A DNA stretch of 64,000 bases from Anaerolinea sp. (GTDB taxonomy: Bacteria > Chloroflexota > Dehalococcoidia > Tepidiformales > Tepidiformaceae), in the NCBI GenBank assembly GCA_013822275.1, contig PNKC01000006.1:2667-66666 (forward strand), given 5' to 3'. The notes below the pieces were generated by a model. That model saw only the letters and a program-made list of their open reading frames with translations, was not told the DNA's origin and did not search any database. How positions within the stretch are numbered: the stretch's first letter is position 1; every line of letters starts with the position of its first letter. This document shows, piece after piece, positions 63,731-64,000 of the stretch. A program made the translations under genes and the position numbers.

Positions 63731-64000
63731 TGGCCACAACTGCGACGGTGACAGTCGATGAGCGCGTGCGGGCGCTCTGCCGGGTGGAGGGGTTCGAAAT
63801 CGTGCGCTTCGCGCCGGCCACGCTCACCCAGGCCGCGCGGGATGCCGCCCAGGCCGCGCTGGACGAGGGCCGGCTCGCGGACATGGCCTGGATGACCGGG
63901 GAGTGGCTGGACCGCGCCACGGACCCCCAACGCTTCCTCGCGGACGCACGCACGGCCATCCTCGTGGCGCTGCCGTATCACGGTGACGAGGCGCAAACCG
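63730..64000 (+). CDS. queG: epoxyqueuosine reductase, N-terminal fragment (3' end outside window)
   Basis: ATG at 63730 overlaps the upstream TGA, and the frame is open to the window end. GFEIVRFAPA...GRLADMAWM......DP..FL.DARTAILVALPY matches the QueG N-terminal pattern. Strong G/C third-position bias. Confidence 0.6.
   Translation, partial: MATTATVTVDERVRALCRVEGFEIVRFAPATLTQAARDAAQAALDEGRLADMAWMTGEWLDRATDPQRFLADARTAILVALPYHGDEAQT

Overview
This is a dense, high-GC stretch of bacterial chromosome (G+C judged by eye at roughly two-thirds, not computed). I can support about 75 protein-coding genes and one tRNA-Ser(GGA). I found no rRNA, CRISPR array, transposase or integrase. Several features suggest a monoderm, Chloroflexota- or Actinomycetota-like organism, but this is inference only: a Cheo-type LexA box, an F420-type LLM oxidoreductase, LCP-family envelope proteins, a HemQ/ChdC gene, and frequent GTG/TTG starts with 1-4 nt gene overlaps.

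Gene content from start to end:
- Thiolase 3' end.
- Two back-to-back VapBC-type toxin-antitoxin modules with an extra small ORF coupled to the first.
- dapA followed by a PIG-L deacetylase, then an acyl-CoA dehydrogenase.
- Two tandem LCP (LytR-CpsA-Psr) paralogs.
- A block of small unknown genes with a minimal zincin peptidase.
- rimI, then a possible PilZ protein preceded by four GGAATCG direct repeats.
- DUF4838 protein, thiamine pyrophosphokinase and an MMPL transporter.
- The MoxR / DUF58 / transglutaminase operon, then ogt.
- A peptide-type ABC importer with no ATPase genes.
- ychF, hsp20 and tRNA-Ser.
- Assorted metabolic and membrane genes.
- leuA and dapB, transcribed divergently across a 362-nt spacer.
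- PAP2 phosphatase and a kinase-like protein.
- A ten-gene tetrapyrrole operon.
- An NnrS-like membrane protein.
- A 59-aa HxH...CxxC protein divergent from an HxlR-type regulator.
- holA, an orphan OppD-like ATPase, lexA with its SOS box, a second PIG-L deacetylase, and the queG 5' end.

The best candidate for new biology is the tetrapyrrole operon at 47599-57201. All but one of its gene junctions are overlaps or very short gaps (the chdC/cobA-hemD junction has a 39-nt gap). It combines siroheme-branch enzymes (CobA-HemD, SirC, CbiX/SirB, a DR2241-like Fe-S protein), a fused AhbA/AhbB-like siroheme decarboxylase and a ChdC/HemQ coproheme decarboxylase. An aldo/keto reductase sits inside the operon. 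No AhbC/AhbD or HemE/CgoX/CpfC genes are visible in this window.

All functional calls come from reading the translated ORFs for motifs. No database search was run.
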